Of a DNA stretch of 64,000 nucleotides, positions 44,381 to 56,987 are shown one piece after another. Numbering within the stretch: the first letter of the stretch is position 1; every line of letters starts with the position of its first letter. The position numbers and the translations under genes are program-made. The stretch is from NCBI GenBank assembly GCA_951406725.2, contig OX597822.1:11594001-11658000 (forward strand). The letters run 5' to 3'. The notes beneath the pieces were generated by a model that was given only the letters and a program-made list of their open reading frames with translations, did no database searches and was not told where the DNA came from. This DNA comes from Octopus vulgaris. Taxonomy: Eukaryota.

Positions 44381-44712
44381 GAGAGACAGAGAGAAACAGA
44401 GAGAGAGAGAGAGAGAGGAGACAAAAACAGAGAGTTAATAGGGTTCGGGGAGTGAAAGAAACAGTTATAGAGAGTAAGTGAGTGTAAATATAATAATGAG
44501 AGACGTATACACAGACACCCATTAAATTTGCATTATACACACATACTTATATACATACAAACATACAAATTGTTATTATATTTATATATATATAAAAACA
44601 ATTTAATAAATAAAACATATGCATATATACATACATATATGTACATACCTACATATATGTACATGTCTACATCTATATACATACCTACATCTATATATAT
44701 ATATACATGCAT

Positions 44713-45100
44713 ATATGGGTACAGGACACCAAAAAATCCTAGAACACAACGAGAAACGAAAACTTAAAAATAAAAACATGGAAACAGAGTACAAGACATA
44801 CAACACAAGGAAGATTCCCCTTCCTCAGCTGCCCCTGTTTCGACTTATTGCGTGGTTCGAAGGTAAGGGCAGGACACGACCCCGCCGAAACAATCCTTCC
44901 CGTAAACCAAACCAAACAAATTTTTGGGATTTTTTTGCGGAGGGGTAAAAAAGTTACAAGAACAGGACAGTAGAAGCAATACAAATAAAGATAAAAACAG
45001 TAAAAGGCAGGACAAGGAGAAACAAACGATAAGGGCATCTTTAAGCGTAGACGGCGGAAAAATTCATTTGAACGCATTGAGAGAACGGCTTACGAAGACA
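44713..45100 (-). mobile_element. Dispersed repeat (same family as 14562-14960) carrying a permuted hammerhead-like motif
   Basis: Blocks shared with 14562-14960. The right boundary is uncertain. Confidence 0.65.
44817..44878 (-). ncRNA. Candidate permuted or pseudoknotted hammerhead ribozyme
   Basis: Minus strand: cgtg-TC-ctgccctt-a-ccttc-GAAC-cacg-(14 nt)-aggggcag-CTGAGGA-a-gggg. Stems I and III covary with the 14.7-kb copy. Confidence 0.5.
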
Positions 45101-45531
45101 GTAGAAGCCGTTGTTGACTTGTTGAAGGTTGTAGTCAGAAAGAAAGTTAGTAGCCCTCTGGTCAGCGACGAGAGGGAGGAGGAGGAGTGTGAGAGAGAGG
45201 AGAAGAAACCAGAAAGGATGAAAGATAAGAGAGGGAGAGAGACATTGTTAGATCGGATGTTCCTGGAAGAATGTAGCTCCTCAATCAGTGCGTGCCAGTT
45301 ATGTTTTGAATTATTGTTGGATTGCTTTGCTGTTTACAAAGAGGTGGGCGATTCATTGTTTTAAAATTTTTTGTTGAAACCATTTGGTTATTCGTGGAAA
45401 CTTTGTTGGACTGTTTTTGAAGACAATCTTTTTGTATGTTGCCCCCGTATGGGAAAGCTCGAAAATGGAAGAGTGAAGAAGTGGAAAAAATTGTTCAAAA
45501 AACATTAATAGAAGAAATTGAGGAAAAGGAT

Positions 45532-46345
45532 AGGATCTTTTCGCTTTGACCGGCAGATTTTCAAAAAAATTTCTTTGTAACTAAACACTTTTAAACTTCG
45601 TATATTGGTAGCATCTGTTTATAAAACATCCTTTTCTCTTGGCTTTCTTGAGAAAATTCTGTAGTTTTTAAGCTATTTTTTCTATAATTTCTTGCATTTC
45701 GGCAATTTCAACCAATCAATGATGTCTATTAAGGGGAATTCAATTTCTGCCGTAAACATTTCCTGGCGGTGTCATATGAAAATGTCCCTGTTATTTATGA
45801 GAAAAAAGATACCCTGTGGCCATAAAATGAGAGGTCACTCGTAAACAGAGCTGGATAACAAAACCGTTCCCTCTTTAGTGTGCACCCATAATTATGACCC
45901 TACTATCGATCTATTGCATTTCAATCTGTTTTACGGTTAGGGTTAGTGTAGGGTTAGGGTTAAGGTTAGGGTTAGATGTGGAGGAAAGGTATCTTTTTTT
46001 CTTCAGAAATGTAAATAAACCCAATCTGTTTCTTAACCGAATATGTAATGTGTGTATCTGTGCAACAGAGAGGAAACTTAAAACTGGAAATGCTGTGAAG
46101 TTAGAATATGTGTTTATTAATAAAAGTTTAATAACGATAATATTTTATTCATACGAACGTAACTGATATAAAGCATGCCATAAATAACAGGGGCATGTTC
46201 ATATGACTACGCCAGAAAATGTTCTTGACACACTACGGCAGAAATTGCTTTCACCTCAATACACATCATTGATTGGTTTAAATTGCCGAAATGCAAGGAA
46301 GTAAACAACAAATATCTTACAAACTACAGAATTTTCTCAAGAAAA
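45532..46345. mobile_element. Long-TIR fold-back element with a (TTAGGG)-like centre, right end truncated
   Basis: About 45643-45800 is the imperfect reverse complement of about 46178-46345. ggttagggttagtgtagggttagggttaaggttaggg lies at 45935-45975. Confidence 0.7.
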
Positions 46346-46465
46346 TGTATGTATGTATGTGTGTGTATGTATGTATGTGTGTATATATGTATGTATGTAT
46401 ATGTATGTATGTGTACAACCAGGGGGTGGGGAAGCAAGCTTCTTATAACACAGACACGCCAACGC

Positions 46466-46500
<35 letters not shown>

Positions 46501-46571
46501 TATTCTGACATACTTATGTGTGTGTTTATAAAATATATATGCGTATGAGTGTATGTGTGGGAGATTGTGTA

Positions 46572-46830
46572 CGAGGGGCGTTCAATAAGTAATGCCCCTG
46601 ACCCACTTGCAGTTGTTTGAAATTTTGCATGTGCACTTATTTATACCTCTATAGATTAAGTGGCGAATTACAGCTCTGAACTAATTGTGGTTTCTGATTT
46701 ACTTGAACTGAGTCAAGTGTGAAATGGAGCCTGTTGAGTGTCGAGCAGTGATCTGGTTTTTGTATTTGAAAGGACGCACACCACGGGAGCCTTTTGATGA
46801 AATGAAAGTAACTTATGGTGATGATGCCCC
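46572..46830 (+). mobile_element. Truncated 5' copy of the adjacent mariner
   Basis: TA plus the cgaggggcgttcaataagtaatgcccctgaccc TIR and MEPVECRAVIWFLYLKG, ending at gatgcccc. Confidence 0.85.
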
Positions 46831-47071
46831 TGTTCGAAATATCATTAAAAAAATGTAATTAGAAGGAATGTAAAGATTTTCTGAGTTACATGGTATACCA
46901 CAAAAATCACAAAAAATAAAGAATTGAGTTGCATATATGAAAAAACATCTTATATTATTTCACTTCTGGCAGCCTGAGAGCAGCGTAGCTGGATGACTTA
47001 AAAATTAGTGTTGAAGAAGGTCCTTTGAAATTGCTACATATTTTCACCAACTGTAAATTGTCTTTAAAATA

Positions 47072-48341
47072 CGAGGGGCGTTCAATATGTAATGCCCCTG
47101 ATCCACTTGCAGTTGTTTGATCTAGCTGAAATTTTGAATGTGCACTTATGTATACCTCTATAGATTAAGTGGCGAATTACAGCTCTGAACTAATTGTGGT
47201 TTCTGATTTGCAGGTGTTTGAACTGAGTCAAGTGTGAAATGGAGCCTGTTGAGTGTCGAGCAGTGATCTGGTTTTTGTATTTGAAAGGACGCACACCACG
47301 GGAGACTTTTGATGAAATGAAAGTAACTTATGGTGATGATGCCCCATCATATGACCTTGTAAAACGCTGGCATTGTGAATTTAAACATAGTCGGAACTCT
47401 GTGGAAACAGCTCCCAGATCTGGTCGCCCCCTTCTGCCGTTGATGAGACGTCTGTCCGTCAAGTTGAGGCTGCCATTTTGGAAGGTCAACGCATAACTAT
47501 TCGCCAAATAGCCCATAAGGTCAAGATTAGTACCGGGTCTGTGGAAACTATCATTCATGACCATTTGCATATGCAAAATGTGTCTGCAAGATAGATTTCC
47601 AGGTTGCTCACACCTTTCCAGAAGCAAGAACGCGTTGAGTGCTCGAGGATGAATTTGGAGATGTGCCAAGAAGATGAGTCAAAATTTTTCAAAAGACTGA
47701 TCACACAGGATAAAACCTGGGTCCATCACTATGATCCATAGACCAAAGCCCAGTCAATGAAGTGAAAGCACCGTGACTCACCTCCTCCAAAGAAGGCAAG
47801 GGTGCAGCCCTCCGCTGACAAGGTTATGCTCACAGTCTTCTGGGACCAGGACGGAGTAGTGATGACAGATTTCCTGGCAATGGGTACCACAATTACAGGA
47901 GCCTATTATGCTTCACTTTTGAGGAAATTAAGAGAAGCTATCAAAATCAAGAGGCGGGGCAAGATCAGCAAAGTCATCCTCCTCCTGCAGGACAACGCTC
48001 CGGTCCACAACTCGCGTGTCGCTAGACCAGAAGCACAGGCGTGCAGCTATGAACTCCTCCCCTTGCACCCTCTGATTTTCACCTCTTCCCAGCCATGAAG
48101 TTGATTTTGAAAGGAAGGCGTTTCCCAGATGATGCAGCCTTGATTTCTGAAGTCACGTTCAGGTTGGAGGACCAAGCTGGGGTCTTCTACAAAAACGGTC
48201 TCCAGAGCTGTATCAAACGATGGGAGAAATGAATAACTCTGAGTAGTTCCTATGTAGGAAAAGACTAATAACTGTGCCAAGTGTCGTTGCTCTACTGCTA
48301 TGGGAAGTGGGTCAGGGGCATTACTTATTGAACGCCCCTCG
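47072..48341 (+). mobile_element. Full-length mariner (1270 bp) with a pseudogenised DD34D-type transposase (47239-48268)
   Basis: TIRs cgaggggcgttcaat.. and ..attgaacgcccctcg with TA on both sides. Motifs ITQDKTWVHHYDP*, KVMLTVFWD, LLQDNAPVH and APSDFHLF; frameshifts and stops. Confidence 0.92.
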
Positions 48342-48792
48342 TATATGAACCTGACTTGGTTATATTGATGTGCTTGCGTATACAACTAATTCTATGTATT
48401 CCTTTTGCGATATTAATGGGTCGCGTTTGATATCTTGCGTTTCACCGATTGTCCGCATCTTCTGTGGATATAAGCAAATATATTTTGAAAGAAACGCACA
48501 TATGTACATACACAGATACATTATACGTATATCTAGACACTTTTACTGATAAATATATACCTACATATGTTCGCATATATGTGCTATACACATGTATGTA
48601 TATAAGTCTGTTTCGAAACTTATGAATATATATAAACATAAATATATACATATGTATAAATACACATACATACTCACACATGCACATACTCACACATACA
48701 TATACTCACACATACACATACACATACACATACAAACAGACACAAGCAGACATTAATTCTTAGCCACAATTGCGCAAATATATATACACACT

Positions 48793-48828
<36 letters not shown>

Positions 48829-48991
48829 ACACACATATTCACACACACACATACACACACACACGCACACACAAGCGCATATAAATTCTTAGTCATAATT
48901 ATACAAATATGTGTACGTATATAGATAAGATATATGACATATTAATACAAACATTCATACATACATATGTATATCTATGTAGCAATCTCTT

Positions 48992-49075
<84 letters not shown>

Positions 49076-49787
49076 TGCATGTATGTATATGCATGTATGT
49101 ATATGTATGTATGTATATGTATGTATTTGTGTGTATGTATATGTGTATGTATGTATGTGTATATATATGTATATATACATACACATATGTACATAAATAT
49201 ATACGTATACATACGTCGATTATGCAAGGAAGAATTCTGAAAAATAATTTCCAAATCACTGGTCATGTGTGGAACGGCGTAATGTCAGCGCTAATTTCAT
49301 TTTCCTCCATTAACGTTGGCTGCCTGAGACATCGAAACATTACAAATCATGGATATTGAAACTAATTCAATTGACTGTGTGTTTATAATTCATTTATAGC
49401 TGGACAATTAAAATTTACAAATAATATCAGATACTTGTCGAATGACTAAACATCTTAGATGTTTTCAGACTTCACAAAGGAAGGAAGCGATGCTGGATGG
49501 ATGGATGTTTTGTCGCTGTTGTTTGGTGAGGGTTCATATCTTTGATTGACTGCTTGGTTTAGTCATAAGAGTTGAAATCAAAAGTCTCTCCGTTGCTGTG
49601 TGTATCTGGGTATGTTTCTATGTAGAGTTTTCCATTAATCTTGCCTATCACTGTCTCTTCTTTTCTCCTTTGCTATCTCTCTGTTTGTCTTTCTTCCATC
49701 GAATCGAATCTGTGTGTGTCTCACAGTAATAAAATATATAGGATTCGAGATACACAAACATACATATATGTGTGTGGGAGGTGCACG

Positions 49788-49830
<43 letters not shown>

Positions 49831-49887
49831 ATATATATATGTGATTGTCTATACACACACATATCTATCTCTCTCTCTATGAATATA

Positions 49888-50890
49888 TTAGGTCATCCCA
49901 TAAGTTCTGTCCGATTTTACCATTTTTAAAATTGAATGAAATTTAATAGTATTTTAGAATGTCTAATGGAATTTAAAATTATTTTTATGCATTTATGTAC
50001 ATTTAAAGTAAGTAGCTATTACTTTACAGAATAATAGAATTAAAATTTCTTTGATTAAAACCCTTTCTAACATGGAAGTATCCAAAGAGCATTTAAGGCA
50101 CATAATGCTTTATGAGTACAAAAAAGGAGACACTGCAGCCGAGGGGACTCGAAACATATACTCAGTTTATGGGGAAGAATGCTTGAATGAAAGAACTTGC
50201 AGAAGATGGTTTGCAAAATTCAGAAGTGGAGATTTCAGCCTTGAAGATGAAAATCGAACAGGACGTCCAGTTGAATTTGATGATAAGCTCCTTGAGGCAT
50301 TACTTGAAGAAAATCCTGCATTATCAGTTGAAAAATTGGCAACAAAGCTTAATTCAAACCATACAACTGTTCATCGTCATCTTCAACAACTTGGAAAGTC
50401 TCATACACTTGGAAAATTGGTGTCTCATGAATTGTCCGAAAGTAACCGCAATTCCCAAGTTGACATTCTACTCTTCTCTCCATTCTCGCGAACTCATTTC
50501 ACCCTTTTTGGAGAGACTTGTGACTGGGGACGAAAAATGGATCGTCTATCAAAATATTAAACGTCGTAAGCAGTGGTAAAAGGGAAAAAGCTCAACTACA
50601 ATCGAGAAGGGAACTACATGGGGGAAAATGTTCTCTCTATTTTGTCGAATTGCAAAGTAATTCACTTTGAATTGTTAACACCTAATGCAACAATCAATGC
50701 TCAAGTCTACTGTCAGCAATTAGAACGTTTGAACCAAGGTTCGAAGAAAATAAGACACGCTTTAATGAATATAAAAGGTACGATGTTTCATCAGGACAAT
50801 GCGCGACCCCGCACTGCAAAGATCACATCACAGAAGATCGAAGAGCTTGGTTGGGAAGAAATTCCTTATCCACCTTATTCTCCCGAAGAC
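49888..50890 (+). mobile_element. mariner element (Hsmar/SETMAR-like transposase), 3'-truncated pseudogene
   Basis: TA plus the ttaggtcatcccataagttctgtccg terminus. Motifs HLRHIMLYEYKKG, RRWFAKFRSGDFSLEDENRTGRP, LVTGDEKWI, FHQDNARP and YPPYSPED lie across three frames. Confidence 0.88.
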
Positions 50891-51839
50891 TGATGAGAGT
50901 ATAGGAGCAGACGAGTTCTCGTTTCTTTTATTCTGCCTGAGTTGTGGTCCTTGTGTAACGAATACTCCTTGTTGCTGCCGCTATGATATTGTCTTCTAAT
51001 GTTTGTCATGTTCTCAAAAACACTTTAGTGCGATTGTCGGCCATTTCCTCCAGTATATATTTAGAGATAGACAGAGACATAACTAGAATGAAGAAATACG
51101 GAAGTGGGAGGGAAAAGGAAAGATTGCATAAGCTGCGCAAATCGATGAGTGTATATAATTTTTGCGGCTCGGCAAAAGAAACCGATAGAATAAGTATCAG
51201 GATTAACAAAAGTACTGGGGATAATTCGTTCGACTAAAATTTTTCAAGACAGTGCCCCAGGATGGCCGCAGATTACCATGCTATAATTTCGTATGGAAAT
51301 TGCAAATTCATTAGTAGCTTCTGCTTCGTCGCTGGATGGTTCAGCCTAAAACCTAACGGTCGGTATATATGTATTTACTATTAGAACGTAGGGCTGCTTC
51401 AGCAAGATGCTAATGTAAAAATTATAAATAATAAAAGTGGCGGTATGCAATATTAAACCAAGAAGGAAAAATTGAATTGTCATTTGTTGTAGCTGAGGAT
51501 GCAGGGTAGCACTTACATTACTAGAAATGTAATACATATACAAATATATGTTATTTAATAAACGCACTATAGGTTATTTATGTGCTACTAATAGCTACCT
51601 GTGCTGAGAACATGCCAAACTATGAATTATAACATGCGTAACAGGTCCGCATAGCCATCAAGCACAAGCCACATAGCATAACTAAAAATTAAATAAGAGA
51701 AGAAACGCGAAAATTCGAGAAGGAAGCATATAAAAACGCGCAAGATTAAAAAAAAAAACGGAAAACGAAAATGTAATCAGAAATAAATGACAAGGTAAAA
51801 GAGTTCTCTCCCTTATGCCTTAAATTAGGCATATTATTC

Positions 51840-52278
51840 CTTTATTCTTTTATTTGTTTCAGTCGTTTGATTGCGGCTATGTTGGAGCACCACATTTAGT
51901 CGAACAAATCGATTCCAGGACTTATTCTTTGGAAGCCTAGCACTTATTATATCGGTCTCTTTTGCCGAACTGCTAAGTTACGGGGACGTAAACACACTAG
52001 CATCGGTTGTCAAGCGATTGTGAGGGAATAAATACAGACACAGAAACACACACATACACAAACACACACACATACACAAACACACACACATACACAAACA
52101 CACACACATATATATATATACGATGGGCTTCTTTCAGTTTCCTTCTGCCAGATCAACTCACAATGGCTTGGTCGCCCCGGGGCTATAGTAGAAAACACTT
52201 GACCAAGTTGCGACGCAGTGGGACTGAACCCAGAATCATGTGGTTGGTAAGGCAGCTACTTACCACACAGCCACTCCT
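51840..52278 (-). mobile_element. SINE family A
   Basis: Family A sequence with an internal CA-type repeat. Confidence 0.8.
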
Positions 52279-53589
52279 TTACAACCGCTGAAAATCTCAG
52301 ACCTAGAATTCAATAGTGAATTAAGGATCTTAGATCTGAAAAGGATCTGAGATCTTTCAGCCAATCATAGCTTACAGCTAATCATAGCTTTCAGCTAATC
52401 ATAGCTTACATTTATTTGAACCATTAACATAAAGTGTGGAGTTTCGATTATTTCCCACTTAATCGTAAGTGGTGTTTCAAACTCCACATGTGGCCAGACA
52501 ACTTAGTAGATTTGCTTTTGTCCTTATGCCGGAAGGAATCTATGTGATTTTTTGACCAACGAAGTATGATTAAATCTGTTATATATGAGGCAGAAGTTGC
52601 TGTAACACTAGATGATAATACCTATATTCGGCTGCGTCAAAGAGAGTTGGTGTAGCCTTGTTGTTCTGTGTAGCTATCGCATCCTGAATGTTTCATTTCG
52701 TCTCTTCTTGAGACCGAAATTAATTAGCGAAGGCATGTTACATGTTGCCAATCAATACTCACTTGCGAGTGCCGGTTATCTGCACTTATTACAGATTTAT
52801 TATTCTGTTCATAACCCAAGGGCGATGTATTTTCTTCGATATCTCAGTATTTACAGCATATATTGTGCGGAACAAGGGAATTAAATAGATCGTAGCCGTT
52901 AATGTATTTCGCCTGGCAAGCATATTTCGCATATTCAACAATGGAGTATGAAGTTTTCTTTCAGCCAAAATCTTTTGGCCACTATCAGCTGTAGAAGTTA
53001 TTAAAGTTATTAAGTCCAGCTGTTTCTCAGCATTGTAATTATTTCCAGTGCATATCTTGAGATTCTCATTAAAAACATTACCAGTTACATTTACAATTCT
53101 TGCTCTTCTAGACGCTAGCATGGAACCAGCGAACTCATGCAAAAAGAAATGATAATAGGTTTAGTGCCAAAATAAATAGAAATACAGACAGGATGTCTCT
53201 TTGGAATATTGTAAGCATACATAATCTAAGATATAATAGTTGGGCTTTCAATTACAGGAAAGAAACTAGTTTATGATGTTGTTGCATTCGTACTTCCTGC
53301 AAAGAACAACTATTGAAGTTGTTATATTCACTAAATAATGGTGAACTTCCTTCTCAATTTCGATTTATGAACATAAAATTGTTCGGTCATCCGAACAACC
53401 TACTCATTGAGTTATCTTGCCAAATGGCTGGGTATTCCTCAGACGCGAGTACTCTTAAATTAACCCTCAAGTAAAATCCACATATCCATTTGTGCGATAT
53501 GGCTGGATCTTTGAGATAATCACCAGTGCAATCAATCCTGTAGATTTCTATTTATTTTCAGTGAGGTTAAATTCATTTACAGGTTTCCA

Positions 53590-53677
53590 GGTCGGTACGA
53601 AGCTACGGTAAATGCGTACGTCTAAGATGTCAATTCTATTATATGGCTCAGAAACCTGGACGTTATCAAAGAAGCTT
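53590..53677 (+). pseudogene. RTE-clade LINE fragment
   Basis: tcaattctattatatggctcagaaacctggacgttatcaaagaagctt encodes SILLYGSETWTLSKKL, the RTE post-RT motif. Confidence 0.6.
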
Positions 53678-54929
53678 GTTTGTCCCTTCCATGTCTAGCC
53701 CCTTGTAAGTAATAAAGAAATAGGTATTTCATCTCTCGCTATGTTCTGAGTTAAAATTCCACCGAGGTCAGCCTTGACTTTCTTCCTTTCGGAGTTAATT
53801 AAGTACCAGTTGCCTACTGAGGTCGATGTAATCGACTGACCTCCCCCCCACCCCAATTTCAGGCCTTGTGCCTCTAGTAGAAAGGATTATTTTAATTATC
53901 GTTACGATATGCAGGGGAGACAACTTCGTATATGTTTCAGTCTCATGAGACAATGGCTTCCGGGCGCCAGATTCACAGCTCTTGACGAGTATGTGTTCAT
54001 AGAATCACGAAATAGGCATACAACAGAGTGCAATTTGATAACCACATTACCGAGAGAGATTAAAGAGATCCTCCAAATGAGTTATCTCCCCTATTTACCT
54101 GAATTAAGCGTCGACGAATCCGGTAAATTTGAAACCAAAATTTTCAGGAAGAATAAGGCAGCGAACGGGCAGAATCGTTCCTATGCCGGAAAAACTGCTT
54201 AGCGGCATTTCTTCCGAATTTGTGTTTTGAGTTCAAATGTCGCTGGGGTCGACTTTGCCTTTCATCCTTTCGTGGTTGATAAAATAAAGATCAGTTGAGC
54301 CCTAGATTTGATGCAATCGACTTGCATGCTCTCCCCACAAACTGTTGACCCTTGTGTCAAAATGTGAAGCCAATTTTATCAGGAAGGATTACTTTACGAA
54401 TGTGGATTGGCAATTCGAAAAAAGGGCCACTAATTGTTTAAAAGATCCTTTATGCTTATATCCACTTTCCTTTTCCTCCAGCTGCATCCCCATCACTGGA
54501 ATGTGTTAAACTTGCAATGGCCATTTCGAAACTTGTTTATACGGATTCCTTTAAAGCTGATATATCACAATTTATCAAGCAGCAAAAGCGTTTTCTGCTA
54601 AACGGCTAATTCAATTCTGGGCTGCAAGGTTTGTCTCTTACAGAGGAAACCAGTTTCGTACGCTTAGGCTCGCCTTTCACAGTCTTGCTTTTTCTAAAGA
54701 TAGATTTGAATCGGCTTCTGTTTTGGCTGCCGACGTTTCTTACCGATATCCGGTTATGAAATCTCTTCCTTCCGTTTTTACATTATAAAGATTTCCGATA
54801 ATCGTGTTTCCCAACCGCGTAGTTTCGTATTTAATACCACTACTACTACAATAGCTTCGGACTGGCCAATGACTTGTAAGTAAATTCGGTGTTTGTGTGT
54901 ATGCATGTGTGTGTGTGTGTGTGTGCATT

Positions 54930-55108
54930 ACTCTTTTACTTGTTTCAGTCATTTGACTGCGGACATGCTGGAACACTGTCTTTAGTCGAACAAATCGACC
55001 CCAGGACTTATTCGTTGTAAGCCTAGTCTCTTTTGCCGAACCGCTAAGTTACGGAGACGCAAAAACACCAAGATCGGTTGTCAAGCGATGGTGAGGAGAC
55101 AAACACAG

Positions 55109-55169
<61 letters not shown>

Positions 55170-55435
55170 CGACCGGCTTCTTTCAGTTTCCGTTTACTAA
55201 ATCCTCTCACAATGTTTTGGCCCGAGGCTATAGGTTTCATGCAGTGGAACTGAACTTGGAACCACTGCAAATGGTGTTCATTTGTTTACTTGACCCAAGT
55301 TCAATTTCGTAAAAGCAAATCCACTCACAAGTGTTTGGTCTGCCTGGGGCTAAAGTAAAAGACACCTACCCAAGGTGCCACGCACCCAAAATCATGTGGC
55401 TGGGTGGCAAAGTTCTTAGCACACAACCACGCCTT
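54930..55435 (-). mobile_element. SINE family A, rearranged
   Basis: Family A 3' half plus duplicated 5' pieces. Confidence 0.7.
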
Positions 55436-56056
55436 ATTAATTAAATTTAGCTGAATGGGAAGAGACAGTTATCTCATCTACAACGGTTTCGAAATATGAA
55501 GACCAAATCATTGTCTTCAAATAGGACGTAGAAGGAAAAGACATACACAAGTAGAGTACAGGTTTAAACACACACACACAATACATACATACATACATAC
55601 ATACATACATGCATACATACATACATACATACATACATACAATACATACATACATACATACATACATACATACATACATACATACATACATACATACATA
55701 CATACTGCGTGCTTACACACGTACGCAGAGAAACACACACACAGACATGCAGCTGAATATTTCTATAAGAAAATATAGATAGAAATGTTACTGTGAAAAG
55801 AAAGATGAGACAACAACGGTATGAAGGTAAATTTAGTCTGATGATTAAACAAATGACATTTTGATTTGTGCCTTACAGGTGAAAATATTTAGCAGGAGAG
55901 TAATTAAATTGATAGAGTGACAGGAGTTAAAGAGACAGTTGTCATTCAATTAAGAGAAATATAAAATGGAGAGATAAGATTCATAAAACATATATATGCT
56001 TAAATGGAAAGTAGCTTGGAGGGTGTCAAGCTACACGTCGTTTGTTCAGAAAGTTC

Positions 56057-56130
<74 letters not shown>

Positions 56131-56256
56131 CACACGCATATGTAGACACACGCATGCCAATGTGTGGCACCTTTGGCAAGTGTCTTCTTGTATAGCCTCG
56201 GACCGACCAAAGCCTTGTGAGTGGATTTGGTAGATGGAAACTGAAAGAAGCCCGTC

Positions 56257-56296
<40 letters not shown>

Positions 56297-56298
<2 letters not shown>

Positions 56299-56914
56299 TC
56301 ACAATCAAGGAACGGCCATAATAGGCCATTCACCCACTAGAAATAACAGCCAAAAGCTTTAACCGCAAAATAACATTAATACCGTAAACCAGGAGAAAAT
56401 TGAAAAACTTTTACCCTGTAATTTCTTAGACGATGCACCGTTTCATCTACCGTTTGATGGTAAACTAACCTGATTAAATTAAATCAAGCCAATCCACCAT
56501 AGGCCCTTAGACTCATCAGTAAGAAATAGCCAAATCGGAACAGATATTTTTCACGAGGCATTCCTCTTGCTACCTCGGCAATATCTGACCTAAAATTTTC
56601 AAATCGTCGCACTCGCGCCAAATTTATCGGCAGCAAATAAATATAAGCCCCCGATTCCATTACGGAACTAACCAGAAAATTCATAATTAATCAATATAGG
56701 GTGGCAAAAAAATTTTGTAGAATTCTTTTGCCACCAGCGGCCTAGTAGGAAAAAATTAAATAGTCATAAACCATTTTTACGTTCAACATCACAATCAAGG
56801 AACGGCCATAATAGGCCATTCACCCACTAGAAATAACAGCCAAAAGCTTTAACCGCAAAATAACATTAATACCGTAAACCAGGAGAAAATTGAAAAACTT
56901 TTACCCTATATTGA

Positions 56915-56919
<5 letters not shown>
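56297..56919 (-). mobile_element. Dispersed ~1.25-unit copy of the 492-bp retrozyme-like repeat, inside the (TA)n of a family A SINE (56160-57207)
   Basis: Slightly diverged from the array. It has the same start (atcacaatcaagg) and the same inverted terminus (ccctatattgattaat). Confidence 0.9.
56421..56527 (-). ncRNA. Type I hammerhead ribozyme
   Basis: atttctta-CTGATGA-gtcta...tagat-GAAA-cggtgcatcg-TC-taagaaat. Confidence 0.85.

Positions 56920-56987
<68 letters not shown>

Noticed and set aside
50889-50925. CTGATGA-gag...ctc after the truncated mariner
   Set aside because: It is followed by GTTT rather than GAAA, and there is no stem I or III.
52789-53142. 117-aa ORF as a host exon
   Set aside because: No recognisable host domain. 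It loosely resembles a decayed LINE apurinic endonuclease N-terminus, too weakly to call.
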